Shown piece by piece: positions 1 to 62,957 of a stretch of 64,000 nt of DNA. Made by a program: the position numbers and the translations under genes. Origin of the DNA: Eledone cirrhosa (Eukaryota); contig OZ024745.1 of the NCBI GenBank assembly GCA_964016885.1, forward strand, positions 76,198,001 to 76,262,000, given 5' to 3'. The notes below the pieces were generated by a model, which saw only the letters and a program-made list of their open reading frames with translations, did not search any database and had not been told where the DNA came from. Each line of letters begins with the position of its first letter. The stretch's first letter is position 1.

Positions 1-276
1 ACACCGAGCATTATAATAAATGTTCGGTGAATCCATACGTGCATATATATATGTGTGCATGTATGTATATATATATATACATACTACTGTACGTCGGTAT
101 ACATATATGTATGTACGTGTACATACTTATATTTAAGTAACAGCCGTACTAAGAGTGGGAAATGAAATATCGTTTCATTTTTTCCGTTTATCGTTTTCGG
201 TGCACCCGGCCGATTAACCCACTCGATATGCATATTGGGCTATTCAGCCGTTAATATGCATAAGGTAAGTATATAC

Positions 277-363
277 GTTCAACAATCTGGCAGGAAGGTA
301 TACGTTGCTGACGATAGCTAACAAGCTTGAAACTAGTACAGCGTTCCTTTGTCAGTGTTGAAC
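277..363 (+). ncRNA. Type I hammerhead ribozyme (family 1, copy 1)
   Basis: ACGTTG-CTGACGA(308-314)-T AGCT AACA AGCT T-GAAA-CTAG-TA-CAGCGT. Stem I extends by AGGA/TCCT, CTGGCA/TGTCAG and GTTCAACA/TGTTGAAC. Confidence 0.88.
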
Positions 364-699
364 AAACGAGCAACGGTGGTTGCTAGACACTACGGCTTAA
401 TACGGGATGTTTGTTTACAAACACACCGAGCATTATAATAAATGTTCGGTGAATCCATACGTGCATATATATATGTGTGCATGTATGTATATATATATAT
501 ACATACTACTGTACGTCGGTATACATATATGTATGTACGTGTACATACTTATATTTAAGTAACAGCCGTACTAAGAGTGGGAAATGAAATATCGTTTCAT
601 TTTTTTCCGTTTATCGTTTTCGGTGCACCCGGCCGATTAACCCACTCGATATGCATATTGGGCTATTCAGCCGTTAATATGCATAAGGTAAGTATATAC

Positions 700-786
700 G
701 TTCAACAATCTGGCAGGAAGGTATACGTTGCTGACGATAGCTAACAAGCTTGAAACTAGTACAGCGTTCCTTTGTCAGTGTTGAAC
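700..786 (+). ncRNA. Type I hammerhead ribozyme (family 1, copy 2)
   Basis: Same sequence as copy 1; CTGACGA at 731-737. Confidence 0.88.
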
Positions 787-1138
787 AAACGAGCAACGGT
801 GGTTGCTAGACACTACGGCTTAATACGGGATGTTTGTTTACAAACACACCGAGCATTATAATAAATGTTCGGTGAATCCATACGTGCATATATATATGTG
901 TGCATGTATGTATATATATATATACATACTACTGTACGTCGGTATACATATATGTATGTACGTGTACATACTTATATTTAAGTAACAGCCGTACTAAGAG
1001 TGGGAAATGAAATATCGTTTCATTTTTTCCGTTTATATATATATATTTGTATATATATATATATTTGTATATATATATATATTTGTATATATATATATAT
1101 TTGTATATATATATATATATGTATATGTATGTATATAT

Positions 1139-1188
<50 letters not shown>

Positions 1189-4100
1189 GTATGTATATAT
1201 ATGTATATATGTTTATATATGTATATATCTATCCCCCACATTTACGTATAGACATATCTTCTCACACACACACACTCACATACTTACACCTTCATGCATT
1301 CTCCCACACACTTAAACAGGCATGTAAAAAAAAAAAAAACCTTTTAAAGGGAGACTACTCTTTATCCACCTAACCTTAACTCTTTGACATTAGAGATAGA
1401 ACAGATACTCTATACCATTTCCTGTCAGCATGACTTGGCAAGCTATTTAGAACACTGATTTAACCACTTTACTTCCCTCCGAAGAAGAGATATTATCTCG
1501 AAAATTAAGGACATTTAAATAAACCTAAGGTAAAAGACTAATTGTCAACAATATCTTTTGCATTTGCATTCTTTATTCTATGTCCATACCTGCATTGTTT
1601 TGGCTTTATTATACATATACAAACGTTTATACCTCATTACACAATGCTTCAAGTGAACTATAACCTCCTCCTATATATATTTATGTATATATATGCAGAT
1701 ATATGTATGTTTATATATGTATATATATATATATAAATGAAAAGTATAGAAATTGTTGTAGCGAGAAGCTAACAGTATTCCAAAACATATGTCAAAATGG
1801 GAAAATAGTTAACATAAGATATGGGAAAAATAATTCAGACTCAATTCAAAAGGAATCAGGATATAGATTTATCCAACAGAATTTAGAGAAATCCAGGGAA
1901 AAATCAATAGAGCCTTAACTCATGATAAAACAAAGTCTAAAGTACTCAACCTTCAATTTGGGACAACTTCAAAAGCTCTGTATAGTCTTGAAAAGACTAT
2001 TTCACGAAAACTTTCAGTGGTGATGGTCACGGTTGGATTTCGTTCGTTAGCAGAGCTCAACATGGTAACCAAGGTCTCACTGGTAATATGCCAAAAAGGG
2101 AATTTAAAAGCAGGCTAGTTTAACATCATGCATGGTTATTAAAATAAACGTACATGTGGAAAAACAGGGCTGGTGACGTCAGAATGAGGCAAATGTTTGT
2201 TTACATGAAACAACAGTCAAAAACATTCCGAAAGAAAACTCTACAAAAGGAGTTCAGCATATATATATATATGTATGTTTATATGTATATATGTATATAT
2301 ATATATATATATATATGTATGTTGTTTTTTTTTAAATCGTGTTTATATAAACTGCAAATATATGTAATTTATATAAACTACATCTAAATTTCTGACAGTG
2401 GGTGGCTTCTCGGAGAGGAAATAAAATTTATTAAAGTGTCTCTATCCCTCATGAAAGAAATGTCTTGTATGTTCAAGTAGATTTAAAGCTATTTCAAACC
2501 TGCAGTCTCTTCCTTAATGTCTGCCAGATATTTACTTCAGGGGTTTTGAGTTAGTCAAGTGCTTTGTTATATTTGGTGAAATGGAGAATATATGTTTTAA
2601 CTAACTATAGATATCATTTTTTTTTAATATACTTATAATTGACTTTCAAATTAATAATATGTTGCTCTGAAAGTAACTAGGGTTGTATTCACAAAGGATA
2701 TTAAGAAAGAAAAAAATTATTGTTTTTTTTGTTTTTTTTATCCAATATATAAAATCTTATAGCAGAAGAAAAAAGCTGCTTAGTAACTGGAGTTTTCTGC
2801 TTATCCTCGCTTCTACAATGTTTAGCTGTTAAATCAACCTTGCATATCTATGTAAAAACATAAAAAAATAATATGATATTTTTAACTTGCAGAATTCATA
2901 AATTGAATCAGTTAATTTGATTTAAAACATGCTTTTTTTTTTTTTTTGTAAAAAATTTGTTTTATACTGAATAACTATTGACATAGAACAAAGGACTGCC
3001 TTTTGGTAAAAGTTTGGCCCCTCAATCTTTGTAGAAATTTGAAAAGGGCGAGTTGACTTGTTTTTGATGCTGTAATGAGTTGTGAGTCTTCCTCAAATTT
3101 TCAGTTTAGACTGCATCCATACTTTGGAGAATTATTTCTGTTGAGGAAATTAAAATGAAATATGGCAAAAGGAAATATAACAGTGCATCTATGTGTTTCA
3201 TTCAATACATGGGCCAGCTGTATGTACACTTGTCTCTCCTTCCAGTTATTCTCTGCTCAATTCTACAAAAACTGTTATTACTAATATGTATATATATATT
3301 TTTAAAACATTTAGTAATACCACAGAATATTCCAGCATTTTTAATTGTCAGATATATGCTTCTAGGAAAATAACTTTTCTATAAAACATTTTGTAAATCA
3401 TTTTATCATCTTCACTTGTCTACTGATAGTGTTGTATCTTGTGGTGGATAAATTATATTATTGAACTAACTCAAGTCCTACATCATATATTTATGATGAA
3501 TATCACACATTTACAATCATATGGTTTTTGCTAATTTTATATCACTACTTAGCTGTATTTTTTATTTTTTTTTTTTATTTCAGTAAATCTCAAAAAATAA
3601 TTTGTAAGATTGTAGCCTTCTTCAAATTCATCGGTTTGACATACTGCATAGGTTATTTGATTTTAGTTAATAATCTGGAATATGAATATATTTTAACTTA
3701 GAACTTAACAGCTATCTACGAAATAGTTTATGCAAGCTTTATTAGTATTTACAGTAGGGTGGTGGATTGGCAGAATCGGTAGAGCACCAGACACCATGCT
3801 TTGTAGCATAGAATTATGTTCTGAGTTCAAATCCCGCCAAGGTTAGCTTTACCATTCATCCTTGTGGGGTTGATAAAATAAAGCACCAGTAACGCACTGG
3901 AGTCCATTAATCAACTTTCCCCCCTCTTCAAATTGCTAGCCTTGGGCCCAAATCAGAAACCATGATTAGTACATACAGCACTCTCAGTCGCTTCACATCA
4001 TGAGACCGGGATAAGCACCAGCTCAATGTGCTGCTGCAGTGCTCGAGGACATGCGCACATCAATCCGTGCATACACAGTACATCATCATAGCAGAGAGCT

Positions 4101-4448
4101 GACTTGGATGCTTTACAGTTCTGATTAAAAGCATTGCTATAATCACTGTCAACTTTCTTTCCTGTGGGATCAATAAAATATATAGGAGTAATATTCTGAT
4201 AACAGTTCAATTCATTATGCCCATCTTAATGCTAACCTTGTGCCTAGTCAAAACAGACCTATTTCTTAATAGGAAATAGCGTGTAGTTATTCAGTATTAA
4301 TAAGTTCTTGACAGCTGTGTTAATGATACATAGTTTGATTTCCTGTTGGTACTTGTTAACTTTAGTTCCTAATGCCCTTAAATAATTAAATATTCCCTTT
4401 AAGTTTTGGGTTACATTTACTTTCTTTAGAAAAATCATTATTTATCCA

Positions 4449-4670
4449 GGGCGGTGGATTGGCAGAATCGGTAGAGCGTCAAACACCATGCTTTGTAGCA
4501 TAGAGTTCCGGCCCTTTGCGTTCTGAGTTCAAATCCCAGTGAGGTTAGCTTTGCCGTTCATCCTTACGAGGTCGATAAAATAAAGCACCAGTAATGCACT
4601 GGGGTCGATTTAATTGACTTTCCTCTCCTCCAAATTGTTGGCCTTGTGCCTATAGTAGAAATCATTATTT
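4449..4670 (+). mobile_element. tRNA-derived SINE family A (representative copy)
   Basis: Box A (TGGCAGAATCGG), box B (GTTCAAATCC) and body gcctttcatccttacggggtcgataaaataaagtaccag. Other copies at about 3757, 4840, 6577, 26945, 37008, 39185, 44222, 60187 (+) and 37480, 37860, 43047, 59650, 59850, 60795-61108 (-). Confidence 0.88.
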
Positions 4671-5983
4671 ATCAAAATGCTGTTGACTTGAAGCAATGGC
4701 TGCAGTTTTCAAGATAAACTGTCAGTGGTTATGCTTTTGTTGATCATTCCATACAAGCTGGTTGCTCTCCTTATTTATTTTCATTAGATTACATCCTAAA
4801 GAATTACCATTTTCATGACATTATTAATTATTGAACATGGCCAGTGGATTGGCAGTATCGGTAGAGGGTCGGACGCCATGCTTTGACGCATAGAGTTACG
4901 GCCCTTGCCATTCTGAGTTCAAATCCCGCCGAGGTTAACTTTGCCTTTCATCCTTATGGGGTCGATAAAATAAAGTACCAGTAATACACTGGGTAATTGC
5001 TGGCCTTGTGCCAAAAGTAGAAACAATTATTAATTATTGAACTGGTGGCCTTGTTTTACACTTTATTACAGTGGATATTATTTGCAAACAACAGAATAAA
5101 TTTACTTTTTTATGTAGCAGTACAATCTTTTAAAGAGCAACAAAGTTATTACCGAAAAAAATGGAAATTTTATTATAACTTTGCAATGCATCTTCAAAAT
5201 GTATTAAATATTCAAATTAAAAATACAAAAAAGAAAACATAAAATTTTAAAAGAATATGGTTTTCTCAGTATACTCAGGGCTCAACTCAGTAACAGAGTT
5301 TAAAAATCTGAGGATGCAGATATAGCTGAGTGGTTAAAGTTTGCCTCACAATCATAAAGTTTCAGGGTTGGTTCCCACTCTGTGGTACCATAACCTTCGG
5401 TTGACTCAAACCTTGTTAAGTGAAATTGGTTAGACAGAAAGTTTATAAAAGCCTGTTAGATAAAGCATGTCTGTAAATTAACAGTGCAGCCTGATACTGA
5501 GTCCTCAGATAGATTTAACTGTTAATTCAATTAATAGGTAATCAAACAACTGGACACTCGTCATTCTGAACAAGGGTAGTTCATTATTATATATATATAT
5601 AATGTATGTGATTCAGTGAATTACTGGTAGTGGTACCAAAATGAGTACTCAATGCACAGGCAGATTGTATATATTAAGTATCACCAGTCTAAAGAACAGA
5701 TTGATAACGGAGTCGGGTCTATAACTTCTATGGGTGACCTTGAATCAATCTTCTGTGAAATGCACTTAACAGGTCAACACACAATTAAAAAAGAAAAAAA
5801 AAACTAACTACATGTAAACGAAACTTCATTGTTTTCTTTATATATATATATATCGAGGGAGTGTAACATGGAGTTACTGTAGGTTCACCCAGGTGAGCAT
5901 TCGATGTTTAGGTTTACGTCTGTATCGAGTGTAGTATAATAAAATAAAACAAGGACGAGTGGTTACTCCTCATTACGTTTATT

Positions 5984-6066
5984 GGTTGTGTTTCACCACC
6001 GATCATCTCAAGGTTCGATCTGTATCGATCTAGCCCGGCTCTGTAATCAACAGCTCATCAGACCCT
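5984..6066 (-). ncRNA. HHR-like motif with long stem II (family 2, degenerate)
   Basis: Minus strand: GGGT-CTGATGA-GCTGTTGATT...GATCGGTGGT-GAAA. The 10-bp stem II base pairs with wobbles; the cleavage-site side is degraded. Confidence 0.5.
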
Positions 6067-7463
6067 TTTTGGTGGTAATGATAGACATTATATGATGATA
6101 TATATATATCATCATTATCATCATATAATGTCTATTTTCTATGCTTGCATCGGTTAGATGAGCTGCCATGTACTGAAACTAGACTGGTCAGATGACTGTC
6201 TTGTTTGCTTTCTATGGTTGAATACCTTTCCTAATGCCAACCACTTAGCAGCGTGTACCAGGAGTATATATATATATATATAATGTGTGTGTGTTAGTGT
6301 GAATTTAGATCAGGTCAGGCTTTATATATATATATTTATCCTCTCTATGTCTCCATTGGATTAAAAACACTAATATCAGGTCATTAATGTCTTTGTTTCT
6401 TATAACATAAACACCAACTCACATTCACAAATCGACTCCATTTTATTTACATTAATACAAAGATTTTATTGTAAGTTTCTAATATCAAAACATTTTTTTT
6501 TAAATTTCTGCATCCTCATCTCTTTCCTAAGCTACATCCTGATACATCATGAATTTATTATGGTATTCTTTACTCTAGGCGGTGAATTGGCAGTCGTTAG
6601 AACATTGGATAGAAAGCTTTATGGTATTTGTTCTGGCTCTCTGAGTTCAAATCCTGCCGAGGTCAACGCTGCCTTTCATCCTTTCGAGGTCGATAAAAAA
6701 AAAAGTACCAGTTAAGTAATGGAGTTGATTCTTCCTCTCATTTTCTCTCTTTCTCTGAAAGAAATCTGCTATACTCAGGCCTGGAGAGAAATTGGCTTAA
6801 AATGCTCTAGAAGCCCATACAACTCTATCTGGAGTTATGGGGACCATTCCTTACTCTGTAACTGCAAAGTCTGGAAGAATATATTAATACAAGAGAGTTA
6901 AAGATCAATCTATTCTATGTTTACACAGGCTGGATGGGTCTACTCCAGTAAAATGTTTCATGGTTTGTTACTATTCTTTGCCATCTTCATAACGTCAGTT
7001 TTTATCATTTCTCATCTCCTTCATAACATCAGCTTTTATCATTTCTCATCCATTTTAGAAATTCATGTTTAAGACTGAATGCTTCTGAGAATACAAATGA
7101 ATTTGTTGGAAAAGTGTATTACCACTTTCTCCTCTTTCTCTATCTAGTTGGAAAGTTGGCACATCACACATTGCCTTTGTCAAAAGTATGAATACTATTA
7201 TAATCAGCCCCTTTTTTCATTGCCATAAATCGGTTTCCTCATACCTAATAAAGTAACTAAGGTGTTAAGCTATATATATATATATACATACACACACACA
7301 CACACATGTATAAGTATAAACACTCACACACACATATATATATATATCAGAATGGAGGCAGTAATAACCAGTTAGACTATTACTCATCTGAGTTCTCGAA
7401 ACTTGGGGTAGTAGAGTGGGTAATATGAAACTGCCGGAACTCAAGTGTCAAGTCCTGAATTTT

Positions 7464-7500
<37 letters not shown>

Positions 7501-8202
7501 CTATAGTACTGCTAGATTGATGAATCAGGCATGATAATGTAGCAGAAAACGCTGCTCTATCAGCCTAAAAATGTAATAATACTCTATATTTTTGACAATT
7601 AACCTATATTGTTTACTGTTATATAATTTTAAACCTCCCACCTCATAGCACTAAAAACAATTCTGCTTTAGCTAATGACCATCTGTCTTATGACATTACA
7701 TATAGGTTTTTAAGTTCTATTTTTATTCCTACAAGCCCCTGTCCCTCATGCCCCCCCCCCCTCCTCTTGCCATACACTTTGTTATAGTGTGGGAGTTTTA
7801 TTTTAATGTCTTACTTTTGTGACTCATTGTTCTCTGTGATTTGAAGATTTGCAGTAAGACATATGCACAACACACACATATATATGTGTGTATGTATGTG
7901 TCCACTGGGAATGAAGGACCCCTAGCCTTTGTCAGGGCATTCTTCTAGGAGAAGGCAACTCAGGAAACTGGGATAACTCCGATATAAAACCTGCGGCTCA
8001 GTAGTAACTGATGATGTTGATCTTTTCTTCTTTTCGGGTTATAGCTACTGTCGCTCAGAGAGTGGGATTGGCTCAGTGCACAGTCTTTCCTCACTTTAAA
8101 AAATATCTTCATGCACAGGCATTGCACGATAGAATTAATTGATAATTATTAATAATGGTACATCGTGCAATGGCCATACTCGATAACGAGGGGGCAGTCA
8201 TC

Positions 8203-8359
8203 ATGTATATATATGTATGTTTATATGTATATATATATATATATATATGTATGTTTATATGTATATATGTTTATATATGTATATATATATATATATATGT
8301 ATGTTTATATGTATATATGTGTATATATATATATATATGTATGTTTATATGTATATATG

Positions 8360-8394
<35 letters not shown>

Positions 8395-8535
8395 GTATGT
8401 TTATATGTATATATATATATATATGTATGTTTATATGTATATATATATATATATATATGTATGTTTATATGTATATATGTATATATATATATGTATGTTT
8501 ATATGTTTATATATGTATATATATATATATGTATG

Positions 8536-8571
<36 letters not shown>

Positions 8572-9185
8572 TGTATATATATGAATATATATGTATATAT
8601 GTTTATATATGTATATATATATTTATGTATATATAAGCATATATATATGTGTATATGTATATATATATTTATGTATATATAAGCATATATATATGTATAT
8701 ATGTATATATATATATATATTTATGTATATATATGCATATATATGTATATATGTATATATGTTTATATATGTATATATGTTTATATATGTTTATATATGT
8801 ATATATATGTATATATGTATATATGTTTATATATGTATATATATATATGTATATATGTATATATATGTATATATGTTTATATATGTATATATATATATGT
8901 ATATATGTTTGTATATGTATATATGTTTGTATATATGTTTATATATGTATATATGTTTGTATATGTATATATGTTTGTATATATGTTTGTATATGTATAT
9001 ATGTTTGTATATATGTTTATATATGTATATATGTATATATATGTGTATATATATATATATATTTATGTATATATATATATGCATATATATGTATATATGT
9101 ATATATATGCGTATGTATGTATATATATATATATATATATTTATGTATATATATGCATATTTATGTATATATGTTTATATATACA
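8203..9185. repeat. Imperfect (TA)n/TATG microsatellite
   Basis: Directly visible. Confidence 0.98.
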
Positions 9186-9186
9186 T

Positions 9187-9530
9187 GGAGGCACATGGCT
9201 TAGTGGTTAGAGCATTGGGCTTGCAATCGAAAGGTTGTGAGTTCAATTCTCAGACCGGGTGATGTGTTGTTTCCTTGAGCAAGACACTTTATTTCACATT
9301 GCTCCAGTTTACTCAGCTGTAGAAATGAGATGATAGGGACTGGGGTCCCTATCATTCCACTGCAAAGTGGTCGTGGAGGTGCCACGGCAAAAAAGCACCC
9401 AGCACTCACTGTAAATGAGGTTGGTGTTAGGAAGGGCATCCAGCTGTAGAAATCAAGCCAGAATCAGTTCCCGTCCCACCCTTGCAAGCAGGGAAAAGTG
9501 GATGTAAAATGAAATGATGAAATGAAATGA
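9187..9530 (+). mobile_element. tRNA-derived SINE family B with RTE-type 3' tail
   Basis: Box A TGGCTTAGTGG, box B GTTCAATTC, body ccttgagcaagacac, tail gttggtgttaggaagggcatccagc shared with the RTE 3' UTR. Near-identical copies at ~23135-23460 (-) and ~59125-59485 (-). Confidence 0.9.
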
Positions 9531-9540
9531 TATATATATA

Positions 9541-10124
9541 CTAGCAGCAGTACCCAGCGTTGCCTGGGTAGGTAAAATAATATCTGATTTGATGAAAAGG
9601 TGTTGATCTTAGTGACTGCTTCTTGAATACTCATCTATGGCCACACACAGGCCATGCGGGGGAGGGTGGTGATGACCTCTATCACTGAGAAACGCGGGTG
9701 ACTGACGAAGGGCATGCTGGAAATGAAAAAGTGGAAATTTGAGTCTAAAAGTGGTACTTTTGAATATTTAAGCGGCTGTCACACCGTCCCTGAACAACAA
9801 ATGCAAAATATAAAGCCATTACAGGATGTGCAATGATAAATTCTATTTTGCTTTAAAATTTGAACGAAATCGGTGGCAAAATGCGGGAGCTAGAGCCAAA
9901 AATCTTATTTTTCGATTCATAAAAAAAGGTGCCCCCTCCCCCTATCGATTTTTATCTGCAAAATGACCCCGGAATTAAAAAAAACGATACGCTGATATAT
10001 AGAAAACACTCCCCAATGACTAATCTATGAGCATGTAAAGTTTCATGAAAATTGCGTGTAAGATGTAGGCCCCTATAGGTAATACACAGACACACACACA
10101 TACTTAATTTTATATATATACAGA
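9541..10124 (-). mobile_element. Non-autonomous Helitron-type element
   Basis: Minus strand begins A|TC followed by TATATATAAAA and a GT microsatellite. It ends with the hairpin TACCCAG-GCAACG-CTGGGTA then CTAG|T. Confidence 0.75.
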
Positions 10125-10128
10125 TATA

Positions 10129-10220
10129 TACGAGGTGTGTCAGAAAAGTTCCAGGACTGATGTCACAAAAGATTTATTTCAAACTCAAACTTCAGACTAA
10201 GAGTTTTCTCCTTCAAAGTA
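10129..10220. mobile_element. Mariner-like terminal fragment
   Basis: TA-CGAGGTGTGTCAGAAAAGTTCC resembles mariner TIR starts; no partner end seen. Confidence 0.45.
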
Positions 10221-10380
10221 TATATATATATAATAAAATAAATATGGTTTTATAAATATAGTTTCCATTTATTTAATATCATTGAATATTTACTCCAGGA
10301 ACTGTTGAGTGCTCTAAATCAGTTATAAACATTTATATTTATATTTGTTGGATTTCCAACAAATTAAATACCCCCTTCTA

Positions 10381-10417
<37 letters not shown>

Positions 10418-10422
<5 letters not shown>

Positions 10423-10975
10423 CTACTGTACGTCTGTATACATATATGTATGTACGTATACATACATACATACTTACATTTAAGTAAGTGCCGTACTAAG
10501 AATGAGAAAGGAAATTTTGTTTCATTCTATTCCATTTATCGTTTTTGGTGCGCCCAGCCGACTGATCTCACTCGATATGCAAATTAGGTTGCTCAGCCGT
10601 TAATATGCATAAGGAAAGTATATACTTTCAGACGTTCAACCATCTGGCAGGAAGGTATACGATGCTGACGATAGCTAATAAGCTTGAAAATAATACATTG
10701 TTCCTGTGTCAGTGTTAAACAAAATGTGACGTGGTTGCCTAAACACTGTACGACGTAATGCGGGCTGTTTGTTTGTTTACAAACAAACAAACCGAGCATT
10801 ACAATAAATGTTCGGTAAACCGATACGTGCATATATATATGTGTGCATGTATGTATATATATACATACTACTGTACGTCTGTATACATACATGTATGTAC
10901 ATATACATACTTACATTTAAGTAAGTGCCGTACTAAGAGTGAGAAATGAAATTTCGTTTCATTCTATTCCATTTA
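10418..10975 (+). repeat. Diverged ~1.3-unit copy of the family-1 HHR repeat
   Basis: Colinear with the 1-1034 unit, terminally redundant, flanked by (TA)n. Core at 10665: ACGATG-CTGACGA-T AGCT AATA AGCT T-GAAA-ATAA-TA-CATTGT. Confidence 0.88.
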
Positions 10976-11447
10976 TATATATATATATATACATACATAT
11001 GTACGTCCATCTTCCATGCTAGCATGGGTTAGATGGTTTTGTTCCATTTGATGCAGGAACAGTTGGGAGACCGTGTCTTGCTCATACGGAAGTGTCTCTG
11101 GCAGGTTTTTTACAGCTGGATGCCCTTCCTGACACCAACCACATTTACAGTGTGAACTGGGAGCCTTTTTACTGTGTCTCCTACATGACCACCTGACAGT
11201 GTGAACTGTTGTGTCATCGACACAGTGGATGAAACAGGAAAGGCGGGATGGGGTGGGGTGGGGTGTACATTGGGTTAAGGGGTGCCTACTGACTGTAGGA
11301 TTGAATACAATGGCAGTATATATATACTCTACAGATTTACTCTAATTAATATGAGTTGAGTACTCATTTAAACTTAAATATCTAATAAACACACGCATGC
11401 ACGCACGCACGCACGCACACACACTCTCTCTCTCTCTCTCTGTGTGT

Positions 11448-12385
11448 GTGGAGGGTGCTCTGAAAGTACAGTAGCCAGAGTCAGAACGGGATGGAAAAAG
11501 TTCAGAGAGCTTATACCGCTGTTGGCCACAAAAGGTTTCTCTCTAAAAATGAAAGTCAGATTGTATGATGCCTGTATACGGACAGCATTGTTACATGGCA
11601 GTGAGACATGGGCATTGTGTGCAGAGGACCTGCACAGACTGGAAAGGAACAAAGCATGCATGCTCCGCTGGATGTGTAATAGTAATATATGCAAACGGCA
11701 AAACATAAATGAAATAAGTGAGAAATTAGGAATAAGAGGTATCAGATGCTGTTTACTTGAGAGAAGACTATGTTGGTATGGTCATGTGATCCGTATGAAA
11801 GACGACAGCTGTATAAAAAAGTGCAGGGTGATCAAAATTGATGGAAGTTAGAGTAGGTAGACCCAGAAAAACCTGGGACGATTTGATAAATTCCAACCTT
11901 ACACATTTGCACCTCTCTAAGACAATGTCACTTGACCAAGATCTTTGGCGCCACACAGTAATACAGAAGAACCACCTTGCCTATATACAAAGCGAAACCT
12001 ACTGTCAGTAGGTACCTCTTAACCAAATATACACCCCAACTCATACCCCTACTCCATCCTCCCACTCCCACCAACACCACCTTTTCTCTGTAAAGTTATG
12101 TTGGTACCACAACATCGAGTCCAAACTAATGAGGTCGTGTAGGTTTCATGACAAAAAAAAAACACACAGTCCACGCTGTAATGTGTCCGTGTAGGTAACA
12201 CGATAAAAACCGGCCAGTCCACACTAAACGTGGTTGGTGTTAGGAAGGGCATCCAGCCATAAAAAACCTGCCAGATAGTCCTATACAAGCGAGACACAGT
12301 CACCCGACCAATCTTGCCTCAAGTGGGACAATTCCCATCTAACCCATGCTAGCGTGGAAGATAGATGTTAAACGATGATGAAGAT
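11448..12385 (+). mobile_element. RTE LINE 3' fragment
   Basis: GGCSESTVARVRTGWKKFREL... and the same 3' UTR as the 20620 copy. Confidence 0.9.
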
Positions 12386-12424
12386 ATATATATATATTTA
12401 TAACAATAAGTAGGAACAAGGTGT

Positions 12425-12697
12425 CAGAGTATCATTATTAAGTTTATTCAGGTTCGATGCTTGTTTCACAATTGATCAGCTGAAGGTTCAATCTGTATCG
12501 ATCGGACCCAACTCTGGAATCAATAGCTCATCAGACTCTTGGATTCTCTGTATGCGGATATCTCCCATCATTAACGAATCGAAGAGTCTGATGAGCTATT
12601 GATTCCAGAGTTGGGTCCGATCGATACAGATCAAACCTTGAACTGAACAATTGCAAAGCGCACATCACACCTGAATGAACTTAATGATGATACTCTG
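12425..12697. repeat. Long inverted repeat of a family-2 HHR-like element
   Basis: Arms of ~120 bp at 12425-12546 and 12576-12697; tcatcag at 12528 and CTGATGA at 12588. A related inverted pair lies at ~23995-24210. Confidence 0.82.
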
Positions 12698-12852
12698 TTT
12701 ATGAAGGAAACCCACCGTAGTATAACACCAAATGTAAAACACCAGGTACTATACTTAAATGGCCCCCCATATGCATCAAGTGCTCAGGTTGGTGAATCAA
12801 CTTTAATGTAAGGTTACAGTCCATGAAACTATATATATATATATATATAATC

Positions 12853-13147
12853 ATAAGAGGGATAAGTTGTGGTGTGCGGGAGAGAAGACTGGGATGGTAT
12901 GGACATGTGCTGCGCATGGAAGATGACCGCTGGGTGAAGAAGTGCCAAGAAATCCCAGTGAAAGGAAGATGCAGAAGAGGAAGACCACGAAAAACATGGG
13001 TGGAGGTGGTGAGAGCAGACCTCAGATCTCTGAAGCTCACGGAGGAGATGACGAAGGACCGTGACAAGTGGAGAGATGCTGTGCTGAATAGGACTCATCC
13101 CACCATTGCAAGCAGGGAAAAGCGGACATAAAATGATGATGATGATG
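12853..13147 (+). mobile_element. RTE LINE 3' end, different subfamily
   Basis: RERRLGWYGHVLRM...RGRPRKTW and a (GAT)n tail. Confidence 0.85.
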
Positions 13148-13567
13148 AATCATTGTTTAACGTCCATCTTCCATGCTAGCATAGGGCTGATTGCCTTTCC
13201 TGACACCAACCCATACATTATTTTAAAGTTTTGTATATAATGAGGACCTACATTGATTCACTAAGCTGCAAGATGTGCAGAACATAAAGAAACATAACCA
13301 TTTGCTTTAAATATATTCGATAACATGCATGGAAACACACACCACACACATGTACACACATATGCCTGTATACACACAACAGGCACCAATTGATATGGTT
13401 TGATCCCCAAACAAAATAAACTAAACTCATGGATGTGGGTCTGCCTCTGCTGGTTGATTTTGCCTGAATAAAAAAGAAATTTCTTGTGATATAATGTGAT
13501 TCAATTAACTATACTTCCTCCCCTACATAGTAATTAAATTTATATCAATTATCTCAATATTACATAA

Positions 13568-62824
<49,257 letters not shown>

Positions 62825-62957
62825 GTAAGTTTTCATAGCTATTTTAAATCTTAATATGAAATTTCTATCAATTTAGATTCTATGAAGTATATTTCAATAT
62901 AATTAGTTGGGTTTCAGGTCTGCTATCAAAAGAGAATTATTGTGGCTGTAATGTTAA

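Larger units (their letters stand above)
1..1034 (+). repeat. Tandem array of ~422-bp HHR-containing units (retrozyme/pseudo-LTR-like)
   Basis: acaccgagcattataataaa recurs at 1, 423 and 846. Units are near-identical. The third unit is cut off by (TA)n and the array runs off the left edge. Confidence 0.93.

Noticed and set aside
1-1034. CRISPR-like interpretation of the tandem repeat
   Set aside because: Whole 422-bp units repeat, with no short repeat plus unique spacer pattern and no cas genes; eukaryotic context.
7370-7440. TATTACTCAT/GTGGGTAATA hairpin followed by T-GAAA
   Set aside because: No recognisable CUGANGA upstream.
9702-9730. CTGACGA...GAAA inside the Helitron-type element
   Set aside because: Weak stem II and no stem I or UH arrangement.
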